A DNA stretch of 64,000 bases from Chloroflexota bacterium (lineage in GTDB: Bacteria; Chloroflexota; Anaerolineae; Aggregatilineales; Phototrophicaceae), in contig JACAER010000043.1 of NCBI GenBank assembly GCA_013388745.1, positions 6,165 to 70,164 of the forward strand, read 5' to 3'. The notes beneath the pieces are model-generated. The model saw only the letters and a program-made list of their open reading frames with translations, did not search any database and had not been told where the DNA came from. Below are positions 51,951 through 60,989 of the stretch, in pieces. The position numbers and the translations under genes are program-made. Within the stretch, counting starts at the first letter, position 1. The number at the start of each line of letters is the position of its first letter.

Positions 51951-53795
51951 TTATTCCACCGTGACGCTCTTGGCGAGGTTGCGCGGCTGGTCAACGTCCG
52001 CGCCGCGCCGCACCGCGATGTGATAGGCCAGCAGTTGCAGCGGCAGCACCGCCACTACCGGGCTGAGCAGCGTGGGCGTCTCCGGCACGTACAACACATA
52101 ATCGGCTTTGGTGGCGATAAAGGTATCCCCTTCCGTCGCCAGCGCGATGACGATGCCGCCGCGCGCTTTCGACTGTTCGATCTGGCTGATCATTTTGTCG
52201 TACACCGAGTCCTTGAGCGTGATCGCCAGCACTGGCATATTTTCGTCGATCAGCGCGATCGGGCCATGCTTCATTTCGCCCGCCGGGTAGCCCTCGGCGT
52301 GGATGTAGCTGATTTCTTTCAGCTTGAGCGCGCCTTCCAGCGCAATCGGGTAGTTAATGCCACGCCCCAGATACAGGAAATCGGTGTACTGGTAGAAATG
52401 GTCGGCCAGCTTCTTGATTTCCGCGTCTTGTTCCAGCGTGCGCCCGACGAGATCGGGCAGGCGCACCAAATCCTGAATATAGCTCTGCATCTGCTGGTGC
52501 GAAATCACGCCGCGCAACTGCCCCAGATACAGCGCCAGCAGATATTGATCGACAATGCTGGCGGTGAAAGCTTTGGTGGAGGCGACGCCGATTTCTGGCC
52601 CAGAATTCATGGTGATGTGCCCGTCAGAAACGCGCATCGCCTGGCTGCCGACGGCGTTGACGATGCTCCAGAGGATGGCGTTTTTGGCGCGCGCTTCTTC
52701 CATCGCCGCCAGCGTATCGACGGTTTCGCCGCTCTGGGTGATCGAAAGCACGGCGGTGTCGGCGTCGATGATCGGGTCACGGTAGCGGTATTCGCTGCCA
52801 TAATCGACCTCGACGTTGATACGCGCGATCTGTTCGATGAAGAATTTGCCGACCAGCCCGCTGTAGAAGCTGGTGCCGCAGGCGACGGTGACGATACGTT
52901 TGAGCGCTTTGGCTTTTTCCGGCGTCAGGTTCAGTTCGGGCAGCAGCACTTCGCCTTTTTCGAAGTCGATACGTCCGCGAATGGTGTCGGTCAGGCTGCG
53001 CGCCTGCTCGAAGATTTCCTTCTGCATAAAGTGCTTGTATTCGCCTTTAGCGGCGCTGACCGGATCCCAGGCGATAACGTGCGGCTGTGCGTCTACCGGA
53101 TCGCCTTCCAGCGTTTGCACGCGGTAAGCGTCGGCGGTGACGGTTGCCATCTGCCGGCTTTCGAGGAACACCATTTTGCGCGTGTATTCCAGAATCGCCG
53201 GGATGTCGCTGGCGACGAAGTTTTCGCCCTGTCCCAGCCCCAGCGCCACGCCGCCGGCGTTGCCGATACGCACCGCGACCAAGCGATCGGGCTGCTTTTT
53301 GCTCATCACGACGATGGCGTGCGCGCCGCGCAGCCGTTGTGTCGCCAACCTTGTCGCCTCGGTCACGTCGCCGTTAACGCCGCGCGCCAGTTTTTCGACC
53401 AGATGGCCGATGACTTCGGTATCGGTTTCGGATTTAAAAACCACGCCATCTTTGCTGAGTTCTTCGCGCAGTTCCAGATAATTTTCGACAATACCGTTAT
53501 GCACCACGACAAAATCGCCGTCCATGCTGATGTGCGGGTGGGCGTTGCGTTCGGCGGGCACGCCGTGTGTCGCCCAGCGCGTATGGCCGATGCCGATGGG
53601 GCCGCCCACCGGGTCAAGTTCAACTTTGCTGCGCAGATTGGAGAGCTTGCCGACATCGCGGCGGATTTTGATTTCGTCACCGTCCAGCACGGCGACGCCC
53701 GCCGAATCGTACCCCCGATATTCGAGACGCTGAAGCCCGTCGAGAATCACAGGAGTCGCGTTGCGCGGACCGATGTAACCGACAATACCACACAT
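51951..53795 (-). CDS. glmS: glutamine--fructose-6-phosphate aminotransferase (isomerizing)
   Basis: Start MCGIVGYIG (53795) preceded by GGAGG. N-terminal nucleophile Cys and two SIS domains. C-terminal ...RNLAKSVTVE. Confidence 0.95.
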   Translation of the reverse strand: MCGIVGYIGPRNATPVILDGLQRLEYRGYDSAGVAVLDGDEIKIRRDVGKLSNLRSKVELDPVGGPIGIGHTRWATHGVPAERNAHPHISMDGDFVVVHNGIVENYLELREELSKDGVVFKSETDTEVIGHLVEKLARGVNGDVTEATRLATQRLRGAHAIVVMSKKQPDRLVAVRIGNAGGVALGLGQGENFVASDIPAILEYTRKMVFLESRQMATVTADAYRVQTLEGDPVDAQPHVIAWDPVSAAKGEYKHFMQKEIFEQARSLTDTIRGRIDFEKGEVLLPELNLTPEKAKALKRIVTVACGTSFYSGLVGKFFIEQIARINVEVDYGSEYRYRDPIIDADTAVLSITQSGETVDTLAAMEEARAKNAILWSIVNAVGSQAMRVSDGHITMNSGPEIGVASTKAFTASIVDQYLLALYLGQLRGVISHQQMQSYIQDLVRLPDLVGRTLEQDAEIKKLADHFYQYTDFLYLGRGINYPIALEGALKLKEISYIHAEGYPAGEMKHGPIALIDENMPVLAITLKDSVYDKMISQIEQSKARGGIVIALATEGDTFIATKADYVLYVPETPTLLSPVVAVLPLQLLAYHIAVRRGADVDQPRNLAKSVTVE

Positions 53796-53899
53796 GGCAA
53801 TTAGCCTCCGTAGAGTAGATAGAATGTAAACTGCAACACAACACCCCCGGCTGAGGGCGTAAAGCACAGACAACGGCTAAGGAATCACCGCTGCTGTTT

Positions 53900-54118
53900 C
53901 CCTTGCGCAGATTTTGTCCCGGCGGTCGCCCGGCGGTTTTTTGCCTGCGCTTACTTTTTACGGAGGGATTGGAAAGGGGGTGAGGGGGCACCCCGGCGGC
54001 ATCCGCTGATCTATCGCTTTTCCTCACGTCCGTGAGTTAGTCCCACACTGCTGTGGGAAACCGCCACCTCGTCAACTGCGTGTCCAGCGTTTGCCCGCAA
54101 ACACGAGTCCATGCGCTG
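53900..54118 (-). ncRNA. glmS ribozyme (GlcN6P-dependent self-cleaving leader)
   Basis: The minus strand upstream of glmS reads A/GCGCAUGGAC...GUUGACGAGGUGGCGG...AUCAGCGGAUGCCGCCGGGG... This matches the conserved AGCGCC..GACGAGG..CGGCGGAUGCC..CCGG core as I remember it. Boundaries are approximate. Confidence 0.75.
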
Positions 54119-54166
54119 TCCCTTCCTCCGAAAACGCCGCTCCTTTCAACTATAGTGAACACACGC

Positions 54167-54196
54167 ATCATACACCAGCTTTTGGCACGAAGGCAA
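54167..54196 (-). promoter_or_regulatory. candidate promoter of the glmS ribozyme-glmS transcript
   Basis: Minus strand: TTGCCT (54196-54191), 18-nt spacer, TATGAT (54172-54167). It lies about 50 nt upstream of the ribozyme cleavage site. Confidence 0.4.
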
Positions 54197-54237
54197 GCAC
54201 AGGATTAAGGGGCAAATGAAATTTTTGCGAATTTTCA

Positions 54238-54618
54238 TCAAGTGGGCTGCGCTTGTGTCTCCCTCAACCAGGCGCGCGCTTCTTCCGGCGTGGCGCACAG
54301 CAGGACACGGCCTGGCGCGGGTTTATTGGGGTTAAGCTGCATAAACATATCGTTAAAGAGCATGATGAAGCGGTTCATGCCCACCAGCGCCATGCGGTTC
54401 ATGCGCTGGTGGCTCACGTCGTAGACGTAGCGCATCGCCGGGATGAAGCCGGGCGGCAGTGTGCGGCTCTGGCGCAAATCGACAACAAAATCGAGCGGAT
54501 GGGTTACTTCGGCCATCAACGCCTGCGCTTTGTTCATGCAGGCATACAGTTCGTTCAGTGTCCACTGCCCCTGGAACTCAAAGAGCAGTGTGGTTTTTTC
54601 GGCGTTATCCCAACACAC
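54238..54618 (-). CDS. hypothetical protein (small alpha/beta, SpoIIAA/STAS-like suspected)
   Basis: 126-aa ORF with a GTG start. TLLFEFQGQWTLNELYACMNKAQALMAEVTHPLDFVVDLRQS... has no firm family assignment. Confidence 0.6.
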   Translation of the reverse strand: MCWDNAEKTTLLFEFQGQWTLNELYACMNKAQALMAEVTHPLDFVVDLRQSRTLPPGFIPAMRYVYDVSHQRMNRMALVGMNRFIMLFNDMFMQLNPNKPAPGRVLLCATPEEARAWLRETQAQPT

Positions 54619-54897
54619 ATCAACTGGAATGAGAGACGCGCTCCTTTAGATTGCGCTATATAACGTTTTATTGTTTTGAGTGTATACCATTAGCGCCTCC
54701 GCCTGTAGTGGACAATGACCAGTCTGGGTGGATAGGCTGGATGGGCAGGCAGCACTAGCAACGATAAAACCAGTTTGCGCGACCAGCGCGTATATCGGTT
54801 GGTCAGCTATAAAACTTCTGCAAAGAAACGCGCGCCGCCGCGCCGCTTGTGTTATGCTCATCGGCAGTGCGGCTCTACCTTGGGGAGATGATCGACC

Positions 54898-55533
54898 ATG
54901 TTTGAACAACCCGGTTTTCTTGGCACCGGCGCAACGCTGGTGTCTGACCTCAGTTTATTGGCCTATATTCTGCTGATTGTGCCGGCCATGATCGTGGGCT
55001 TTATTTTCGCGCGGCGCAAAATGTTCGAGCCGCAGCATAAGCTGACGATGACGACCATAACGCTCGTCAACTGGCTGATTATCGCCTTTTTGATGGCGGT
55101 GCGTTATGCGCAGGCCGCCAGTGCCAGCCCGCGCGATGCGTCGCTGATTCTGCCGACGATTCATCTGGCGTTCGGCGGCACAGCGCAGCTTCTGGCGACA
55201 TATCTGGTGATTCGCATGTGGTTCGAAAATCAGCTTCCGGCGTGGTTCAAGGTGCGGCGCATCAAGCGTTATATGCGCGCGACGCTGGCGCTGTGGTTTA
55301 TCACGGCGGCGCTGGGGATCGGCACCTATTTCGCCTGGTATGTGGCCGACAGCGCAACATCCGGCGGCACAGTCCCGGCCGCAACCGAAGAAGCGACGAC
55401 TGCGGCAGATGACGCCACCCAGGAAGCCACCGAAGCGGCGGGCGCTGCCACAGATGAAGCGGCTGCGCCGCAGGTCACCGAAGCCGCCGAACCGGTCGCG
55501 ACGCCCGAAGCCACACCCGAAGCGACGCCCTGA
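54898..55533 (+). CDS. DUF420-family membrane protein with acidic Thr/Ala/Glu/Pro-rich tail
   Basis: 211 aa, 4 TM (LSLLAYILLIVPAMIVGFIFARRKMFEPQHKLTM...). The tail is TEEATTAADDATQEATEAAGAATDEAAAPQVTEAAEPVATPEATPEATP. Confidence 0.75.
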   Translation: MFEQPGFLGTGATLVSDLSLLAYILLIVPAMIVGFIFARRKMFEPQHKLTMTTITLVNWLIIAFLMAVRYAQAASASPRDASLILPTIHLAFGGTAQLLATYLVIRMWFENQLPAWFKVRRIKRYMRATLALWFITAALGIGTYFAWYVADSATSGGTVPAATEEATTAADDATQEATEAAGAATDEAAAPQVTEAAEPVATPEATPEATP

Positions 55534-55673
55534 GTGCGGCTGAAAAGAATTCCTATTTTGCCGTAAGGGGGTAGGGGCGATCCAGGGGTCGCCCTTACTA
55601 CAGAGCAACCTTCCATGTGCCTGTTTTCCCCCAAAAATCACTGCTGCCGAAATCTGCCAGCGGTTGGCTGGCC

Positions 55674-57137
55674 TCAGAACGGGCGCGGCGTCTGGCCGAG
55701 TTCCAGGCTGATCCATTTCAATTCAGTGAAATGTTCGATACTGTAGCGCCCGCCGCTGCGCCCGATACCCGACAAGCCAAAGCCACCGATGGGCGCCAGC
55801 GCGTCGCTCTGGAAACTGTGCGTGCCCACATGTACCGCGCCGCAGCGAATCCGGCGCGCCGCGTTCATGCCGCGCTGCATATCGTTCGTCAGCACGCCCG
55901 CGCTGAGTCCCATCGCGCTGTCGTTGGCGGCGGCGATGGCCGCCTCCAGATCGTCCACTGGCACGACATAGGCCACCGGGCCGAAAGTTTCTTCGCGCCA
56001 GGCGGGGGTATCGAGCGGCGGCGCATACAGCACCGTCGGTTGATACACAAGCCCGTTGTAGACATCGCCACCCGCCAGCAGTTGCGCGCCGGCTGCGATC
56101 GCTCCTTGCACATGGCGCTGGACTTTTTCCAGCGCCTGCGGTGTAATCAGCGGCCCGTAAGCCGTGCGTTCGTCGCGCAGATCACCCAGCACAAGTGCAC
56201 GCGCTTTGCGCACCAGCGCTTCGGCAAACGGGCGGGCGATGCCTTTTTCGACGATGATCCGGCTGCTGGACATGCAAATCTGGCCGCCATGATAAAACGC
56301 GCCAACAGCGGCCACTTCCGCCGCCTGCACGGGGTCGGCGTCGTCCAGCACCAACAGCGGATTTTTGCCGCCGAGTTCAAGCTGCAAACGCTTCAGGGCC
56401 GGCGCGGCGATCTGGGCGATTTTGGCGCCCGTCGCCGTCGAGCCGGTGAAGGCGATGCCGTCCACATCGGGGTGCTGCACCAGCGCCAGCCCGCACTCGC
56501 CGCCGTAGCCCGTGACAACATTCAACACACCCGGCGGCAGCCCGGCTTCGTGCAAAATCTGCGCGAAGGCCAGCGCGATCAGCGGCGTTTCTTCGCTCGG
56601 TTTGGCGATGACGGCATTGCCCGCCGCCAACGGAAACACGACCATTTTCGCCAGCAGCACCAGCGGCGCGTTAAAGGGTGAGATCGCCAGCACGACGCCC
56701 AACGGCTCGCGGATCACCAGCGAGAGGCGGTGCGGTTTTTCGCTGGGCAGCGTATCGCCATACAGTCGGCGCACCTCGCCCGCCGCCGCGCGCAGCAAAT
56801 TCGCGGTGTAGGTGACCTCGTAGCGCGCTTTGCTGATGGTCGAGCCGCTTTCGTCGATCACCAGATCGAGCAGCGCAGCGGAGGCTTGTTCCACTTTGTC
56901 TGCCGCGCGCAGCAAAATACGCTCGCGTTCGGCGGGGGGCAGCGCCGCCCAAACGGGAAAAGCGCGCCGGCTGGATAACACAGCAGAATCGGCGTCGGCG
57001 GCCTGCGCGCGCGCGGCATAACCCAACAGCGTGCCATCCATCGGCGCGTGAACAGCAAATGTCGCGCCGGCCTGCGCCGGGTGTTCCGCGCCGTCGATCC
57101 ACAGCCCATGTACACGCATCTGTTCAGAAGTCGCCAT
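55674..57137 (-). CDS. NAD(P)-dependent aldehyde dehydrogenase
   Basis: 487 aa. FTGSTATG, ELGGKNP, catalytic Cys in GQICMSS, EETFGPV. Confidence 0.9.
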   Translation of the reverse strand: MATSEQMRVHGLWIDGAEHPAQAGATFAVHAPMDGTLLGYAARAQAADADSAVLSSRRAFPVWAALPPAERERILLRAADKVEQASAALLDLVIDESGSTISKARYEVTYTANLLRAAAGEVRRLYGDTLPSEKPHRLSLVIREPLGVVLAISPFNAPLVLLAKMVVFPLAAGNAVIAKPSEETPLIALAFAQILHEAGLPPGVLNVVTGYGGECGLALVQHPDVDGIAFTGSTATGAKIAQIAAPALKRLQLELGGKNPLLVLDDADPVQAAEVAAVGAFYHGGQICMSSSRIIVEKGIARPFAEALVRKARALVLGDLRDERTAYGPLITPQALEKVQRHVQGAIAAGAQLLAGGDVYNGLVYQPTVLYAPPLDTPAWREETFGPVAYVVPVDDLEAAIAAANDSAMGLSAGVLTNDMQRGMNAARRIRCGAVHVGTHSFQSDALAPIGGFGLSGIGRSGGRYSIEHFTELKWISLELGQTPRPF

Positions 57138-57153
57138 CGTGTTTATCCTGACG

Positions 57154-58335
57154 CTAAATACGGTCTTCCAGCATCGAAGCGCGCAGCAAATAGGCGCGGG
57201 TGCGCGTGGGATCGGCGGCGGTGGCGCGCAGCTCCGCGTCGCGGGCGCGGCGCTGATCGGCGGCGGCAGCGCTCATCTGCGCGTAATTTTGGGCGGTACT
57301 CTGCTGCACATGATGCAGCGCGTAGGCGCGGCGCTTAGCGGCGTACTCGTCGAGCAGGGCATGGCTTGCGCCGGAAAGCACGCGCTGCAAGCGCGGCGCG
57401 AGAAAATGCGCGTCGTGAATGCCGCTGTTCATGCCGAAACCGCCTACCGGGTTGTTGATGTGCGCGGCATCACCCAGCAGCAGCACGCGCCCGACACGAA
57501 AAGTATCGGCCACACGCTGATGCACGCTGTACAGCGAATGACTCTTGATGGCATACGCCATTTCTGTGCCCAAAAAGCCCCGCAGCCGCGCGCGCAGCGC
57601 CGATTCTGCCCGGATAGCATGTTCGTCTTCGTCATCGCGGATGCGGAACACAACGCGCGTTGCGTCCGGCAGATGCAGAATAATCACCCATTCCTGCGGA
57701 TCGAAGACGTAGCTGACCGCGCCCATGCCGGGGAAAAGCGGCTGAAAGTCGATGTCGGTGGCGACCAGCAGAAAACGATCGGCGTAGGTCATACCTTCGA
57801 ACGACAATCCCAATTCGCGGCGCGTCGTGCTGCGCGCGCCGTCTGCGCCGCACAGGTAGCTGCCACGCACGGTTTTTGTGCCCTGCGGCGTAGCAAACGT
57901 GGCTTCGACATAATCGCCAGCATCGCGCAGGCTGACGAGCGTATGATCCATATACACGGGCGCGGCGCGTTCGACCGTTGGCTTGAGAATGCGCGTCAGG
58001 ATGCTCTGCGGGCATTGCAGACGAAAGGGGTAAGGCGTATCGCCCGCGATCAGCCCGTAATCGAATTCCGCGACCTTCTGGCGTGTGCTGCGTTCCCAGT
58101 ATTGCAGGCTGTGGACACGATAGCCGCGCGCCAGCAGCGCATCGAGCACCCCCCACGCCGCGAACAATTCCAGCGTGGCCGGATGAAAGGTGCTGGCGCG
58201 GGCTTCGGCGCTCAGTTCCGGCAGCGCCTCGAAGACTTGCACGGCCACGCCCAATTTTTGCAGCGCCAGCGCCAGCGACAGCCCCACCGGCCCCGCGCCG
58301 ACGATCAGCACTGGCAGATTATTCACGCTCGCCAC
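57154..58335 (-). CDS. FAD-dependent aromatic-ring monooxygenase (UbiH/PheA family)
   Basis: 393 aa. GAGPVGLSLALAL dinucleotide fold, GADGARS, LLGDAAHINNPVGGFGMNSGIHDA. Confidence 0.9.
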   Translation of the reverse strand: MASVNNLPVLIVGAGPVGLSLALALQKLGVAVQVFEALPELSAEARASTFHPATLELFAAWGVLDALLARGYRVHSLQYWERSTRQKVAEFDYGLIAGDTPYPFRLQCPQSILTRILKPTVERAAPVYMDHTLVSLRDAGDYVEATFATPQGTKTVRGSYLCGADGARSTTRRELGLSFEGMTYADRFLLVATDIDFQPLFPGMGAVSYVFDPQEWVIILHLPDATRVVFRIRDDEDEHAIRAESALRARLRGFLGTEMAYAIKSHSLYSVHQRVADTFRVGRVLLLGDAAHINNPVGGFGMNSGIHDAHFLAPRLQRVLSGASHALLDEYAAKRRAYALHHVQQSTAQNYAQMSAAAADQRRARDAELRATAADPTRTRAYLLRASMLEDRI

Positions 58336-59110
58336 CCCACAGAATACGCACCAGCCGTTCGCGCAGCGGCACGCCTACCATGCGGTCTGCCAGCAAATTG
58401 GCCGGATCGCGTTCAACAATCGTGCGTCGCATCGTCAGGTCGCGCGCGGCCAGCGCAGCGCGGGTTTCTGGCGGCGCCGGCTGCGCGTTTTTGACCAAAT
58501 CGACCCAGTAACGCACGTAATGTAGAATCGCGCCTTCGACCTTTTCCTTAAACACTGCATAGGGCACAAGCCCCAACAGCGCGACAGGTGAAATAGTGGA
58601 ACGGATATAAGCATTCACGGGATTAAACAGCGTCACGCTGCGTTCGCGGCGCAGATCGACCCACAATTGATTGAGCGGTTCGTAGTACTGGTCGAGATGC
58701 TGCGGCTGCACCATCAATTCGTAGCGCGGCAAAAGATCACAGTAAAAAAAGACATCGGGCGCGGTGCCCAGCGCGAAACCCAGATGCGGCACATCGACGC
58801 TGCTGTTCAGCCAGCAGGTCAGGTGAATATTGGTGAAACCCGTCACCGGACGGCCAATCCACGAACGAATCAGCCAATCTACCGGACTGCTGCGCCCGGT
58901 GTAGGTGTGAATGTTGCCGACGATCTGTCCATCGAGCGCCGGAATATCGCGAATATCCTGGCAGGCTAAATCTTCGCGCAAGTCCAGATTCTCGTTGACC
59001 AGCATCCACGCCTGTTCACGCAGACGCAGCAGATCGTGAAAGTGGGCAGTCTTGTCACTGGGGGCATGGCTGTCGAACACGTCGGCCAGGTTGTGCGTCG
59101 TATCAGACAT
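58319..59110 (-). CDS. red chlorophyll catabolite reductase (RCCR)/ferredoxin-dependent bilin reductase-superfamily protein
   Basis: 263 aa. IRSWIGRPVTGFTNIHLTCWLNSSVDVPHLGFALGTAPDVFFYCDLLPRYELMVQPQHLDQYY parallels the plant RCCR block (SW...NI.sL..fLNSS..aP.F.fEl....l.l.LDL.pR.DL...p.YL..YY) from memory. It overlaps the monooxygenase gene by 17 nt. Confidence 0.55.
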   Translation of the reverse strand: MSDTTHNLADVFDSHAPSDKTAHFHDLLRLREQAWMLVNENLDLREDLACQDIRDIPALDGQIVGNIHTYTGRSSPVDWLIRSWIGRPVTGFTNIHLTCWLNSSVDVPHLGFALGTAPDVFFYCDLLPRYELMVQPQHLDQYYEPLNQLWVDLRRERSVTLFNPVNAYIRSTISPVALLGLVPYAVFKEKVEGAILHYVRYWVDLVKNAQPAPPETRAALAARDLTMRRTIVERDPANLLADRMVGVPLRERLVRILWGGERE

Positions 59111-59265
59111 AAAACATCCTTTGGCTGGCGAGTAATTGTTATAACATTATGACATCTCAAAGCCAGTATTTGCAAGTTTTAATCGTGGGTGTGAAAGCAT
59201 AAACCATCGTTTGAGCGTGAATCGTGATAGACTGTAACAGAGCGTACCGAACAAGGATGGGGACG

Positions 59266-60987
59266 ATGAAACAGTATAGTCTTGTCTTTGTAGTACTTTT
59301 ACTGTTAGCGATGGTCTGGCCGGCATTGGCGCAGGATTTGGGCGAGACGCTGGAATGGCCGGAATATGGCCTGACAATTGATTATCCTGATCGCTGGACA
59401 GAACGTTTTTACTCTGGCACCAACAGTTATTATGCCATGGCCGAAGAAGAGGCCGACCTGGATACGCTGTCGCTCGACCCGGAAGGCCAATTCGTCGTGA
59501 TTCTGCCAGTCGAAGGGCCGGTGCGCGATAATCTGGGCGAAGACCCCGAAGGCGCTGTCGCCAACTACGGCGAGGCCAATATCGATGGCTTCCGCGCGCG
59601 CGATGTTGAGCAGATCGACATCGAAAACGGCTACGATACTTTTTGGGGCGAAGGCGACGGCACGGCGGGTGGTTATATCGTCGTGGCGGCGGTGGTCGGC
59701 CCGGACGAAACGATTTTCCTGTTTATCGCGGTGTCGCCCCCGCGTGACAGCCGCGACCTGGCAGACAACGTGCGCGCCATGCTGGATACGCTTGAACTGA
59801 GCGAAGTCGAGACTGATATTGTGGAAAACGGGCGCGCCGACGACGCCACGCCGATTGCCTATGGCGAAACGGCAGAAGGCGAAATCACCAACCGCACCTT
59901 TGCCGAAGAATATGTGTTTGAGGGTAACGCCGGCGACATCGTGACCATCAGCATGGTCGATACCTCGCGGCAAGGCACGCTCGATCCCCTGGTGATTTTG
60001 ATCGGCCAGAACGGGCGCGAAATCGCGCGTAATGACGATCACACGGAAGGCGATTTGCCCAACGCGCTCGATTCGCAGATCACCGAATTCGAACTACCGG
60101 AAGACGGCGTTTATCTCATCATTGCCACGCGCTTTCAGGGCGCCAACGGTAGCTCGACAGGTGACTACGAATTGACGCTCGATGCCGAAGTCAGCGAACC
60201 CACGCCCGATGCGCCCGAAATCGAAGGCGAGGTGCTGCTGGATGAAGAAGGCAACCTGACCAACCGCGCCTACAGCGACGAATTCACCTTCGAAGCCAGC
60301 GCCGGCGATATTGTCACCATCACCATGCTGAACACGGACGACAGCCTCGACGCGCAGGTTATTTTGCTCGACCCCAACGGCGACGAGATCGCTCGCAACG
60401 ATGACGCTGACCGTGACGCCGATCTGCCAGACCGCAGCGATGCCCAGATCGCCGAATTCCAACTGCCCGAAGCAGGCGAATACACCGTGATCGCCACGCG
60501 CGCCGGAGAAGCCGACGGCAGCACACGCGGCGACTATCGCATCACGGTGGTGCTGGTGGGCACGGGTGAAGTGGCTACACAGGAAGCAAGCGGTTTCACC
60601 GTGAACGACGACGGCGATGACCTGCTGGAGTATGGCGAAACGGTGCAGGGCGAAATCAACGACGACACCTTCCGCGTTACCTATGACTTTGAAGGAACAG
60701 AAGGCGACATCGTCACCATCACGATGATTGATGTCTCCGAGGATAACGGCCTTGACCCGCTGCTGATTCTACTGGACGAAGGCGGCAATGAACTGGCGCG
60801 CAACGACGACGCCAGCAACAGCGCCGAAGTCGGGCAGTTTAATTCGCAGATCGCCAACTTTACGCTGCCTGCAACCGGCACCTACACGGTAGTGGCGACG
60901 CGCTTTTCCGAACAGGGGGGCAACACCGCAGGTGAATTTATCGTGAGCCTTGAGCTGAGCAGCGGCGAAGACGACGGCGGCAAATAG
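59266..60987 (+). CDS. secreted protein with three pre-peptidase C-terminal (PPC)-like repeat modules
   Basis: Signal peptide MKQYSLVFVVLLLLAMVWPALAQ. An N-terminal ~170-aa domain is followed by three ~105-aa modules, each with F.G..GDIVTI.M.......LDP...LL...G.E.ARNDD....L...SQI..F.LP..G.Y....TR. Confidence 0.8.
   Translation: MKQYSLVFVVLLLLAMVWPALAQDLGETLEWPEYGLTIDYPDRWTERFYSGTNSYYAMAEEEADLDTLSLDPEGQFVVILPVEGPVRDNLGEDPEGAVANYGEANIDGFRARDVEQIDIENGYDTFWGEGDGTAGGYIVVAAVVGPDETIFLFIAVSPPRDSRDLADNVRAMLDTLELSEVETDIVENGRADDATPIAYGETAEGEITNRTFAEEYVFEGNAGDIVTISMVDTSRQGTLDPLVILIGQNGREIARNDDHTEGDLPNALDSQITEFELPEDGVYLIIATRFQGANGSSTGDYELTLDAEVSEPTPDAPEIEGEVLLDEEGNLTNRAYSDEFTFEASAGDIVTITMLNTDDSLDAQVILLDPNGDEIARNDDADRDADLPDRSDAQIAEFQLPEAGEYTVIATRAGEADGSTRGDYRITVVLVGTGEVATQEASGFTVNDDGDDLLEYGETVQGEINDDTFRVTYDFEGTEGDIVTITMIDVSEDNGLDPLLILLDEGGNELARNDDASNSAEVGQFNSQIANFTLPATGTYTVVATRFSEQGGNTAGEFIVSLELSSGEDDGGK
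59854..60951 (+). repeat. three tandem intragenic PPC-like modules (about 59854-60180, 60235-60549, 60625-60951)
   Basis: Protein-level repeats were counted residue by residue. DNA-level identity is partial (for example GGCGACATCGTGACCATCAGCATG / GGCGATATTGTCACCATCACCATG / GGCGACATCGTCACCATCACGATG). Confidence 0.75.
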
Positions 60988-60989
60988 GC

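Noticed and set aside
52020-53804. 594-aa plus-strand ORF antisense to glmS
   Set aside because: glmS on the minus strand is certain. The antisense translation has no motifs.
55563-55598. GC-rich hairpin GTAAGGGGGTAGGGGCGATCCAGGGGTCGCCCTTAC between the convergent DUF420 and ALDH genes
   Set aside because: The stem GGGCGA/TCGCCC is real, but neither strand has a U-tract. I cannot tell a terminator from a REP-like element without genome-wide copy counts.
57139-58494. 451-aa plus-strand ORF antisense to the FAD monooxygenase
   Set aside because: The minus strand has the GxGxxG, GD and DAAH flavoprotein motifs. The plus frame is Arg/Ala-rich.
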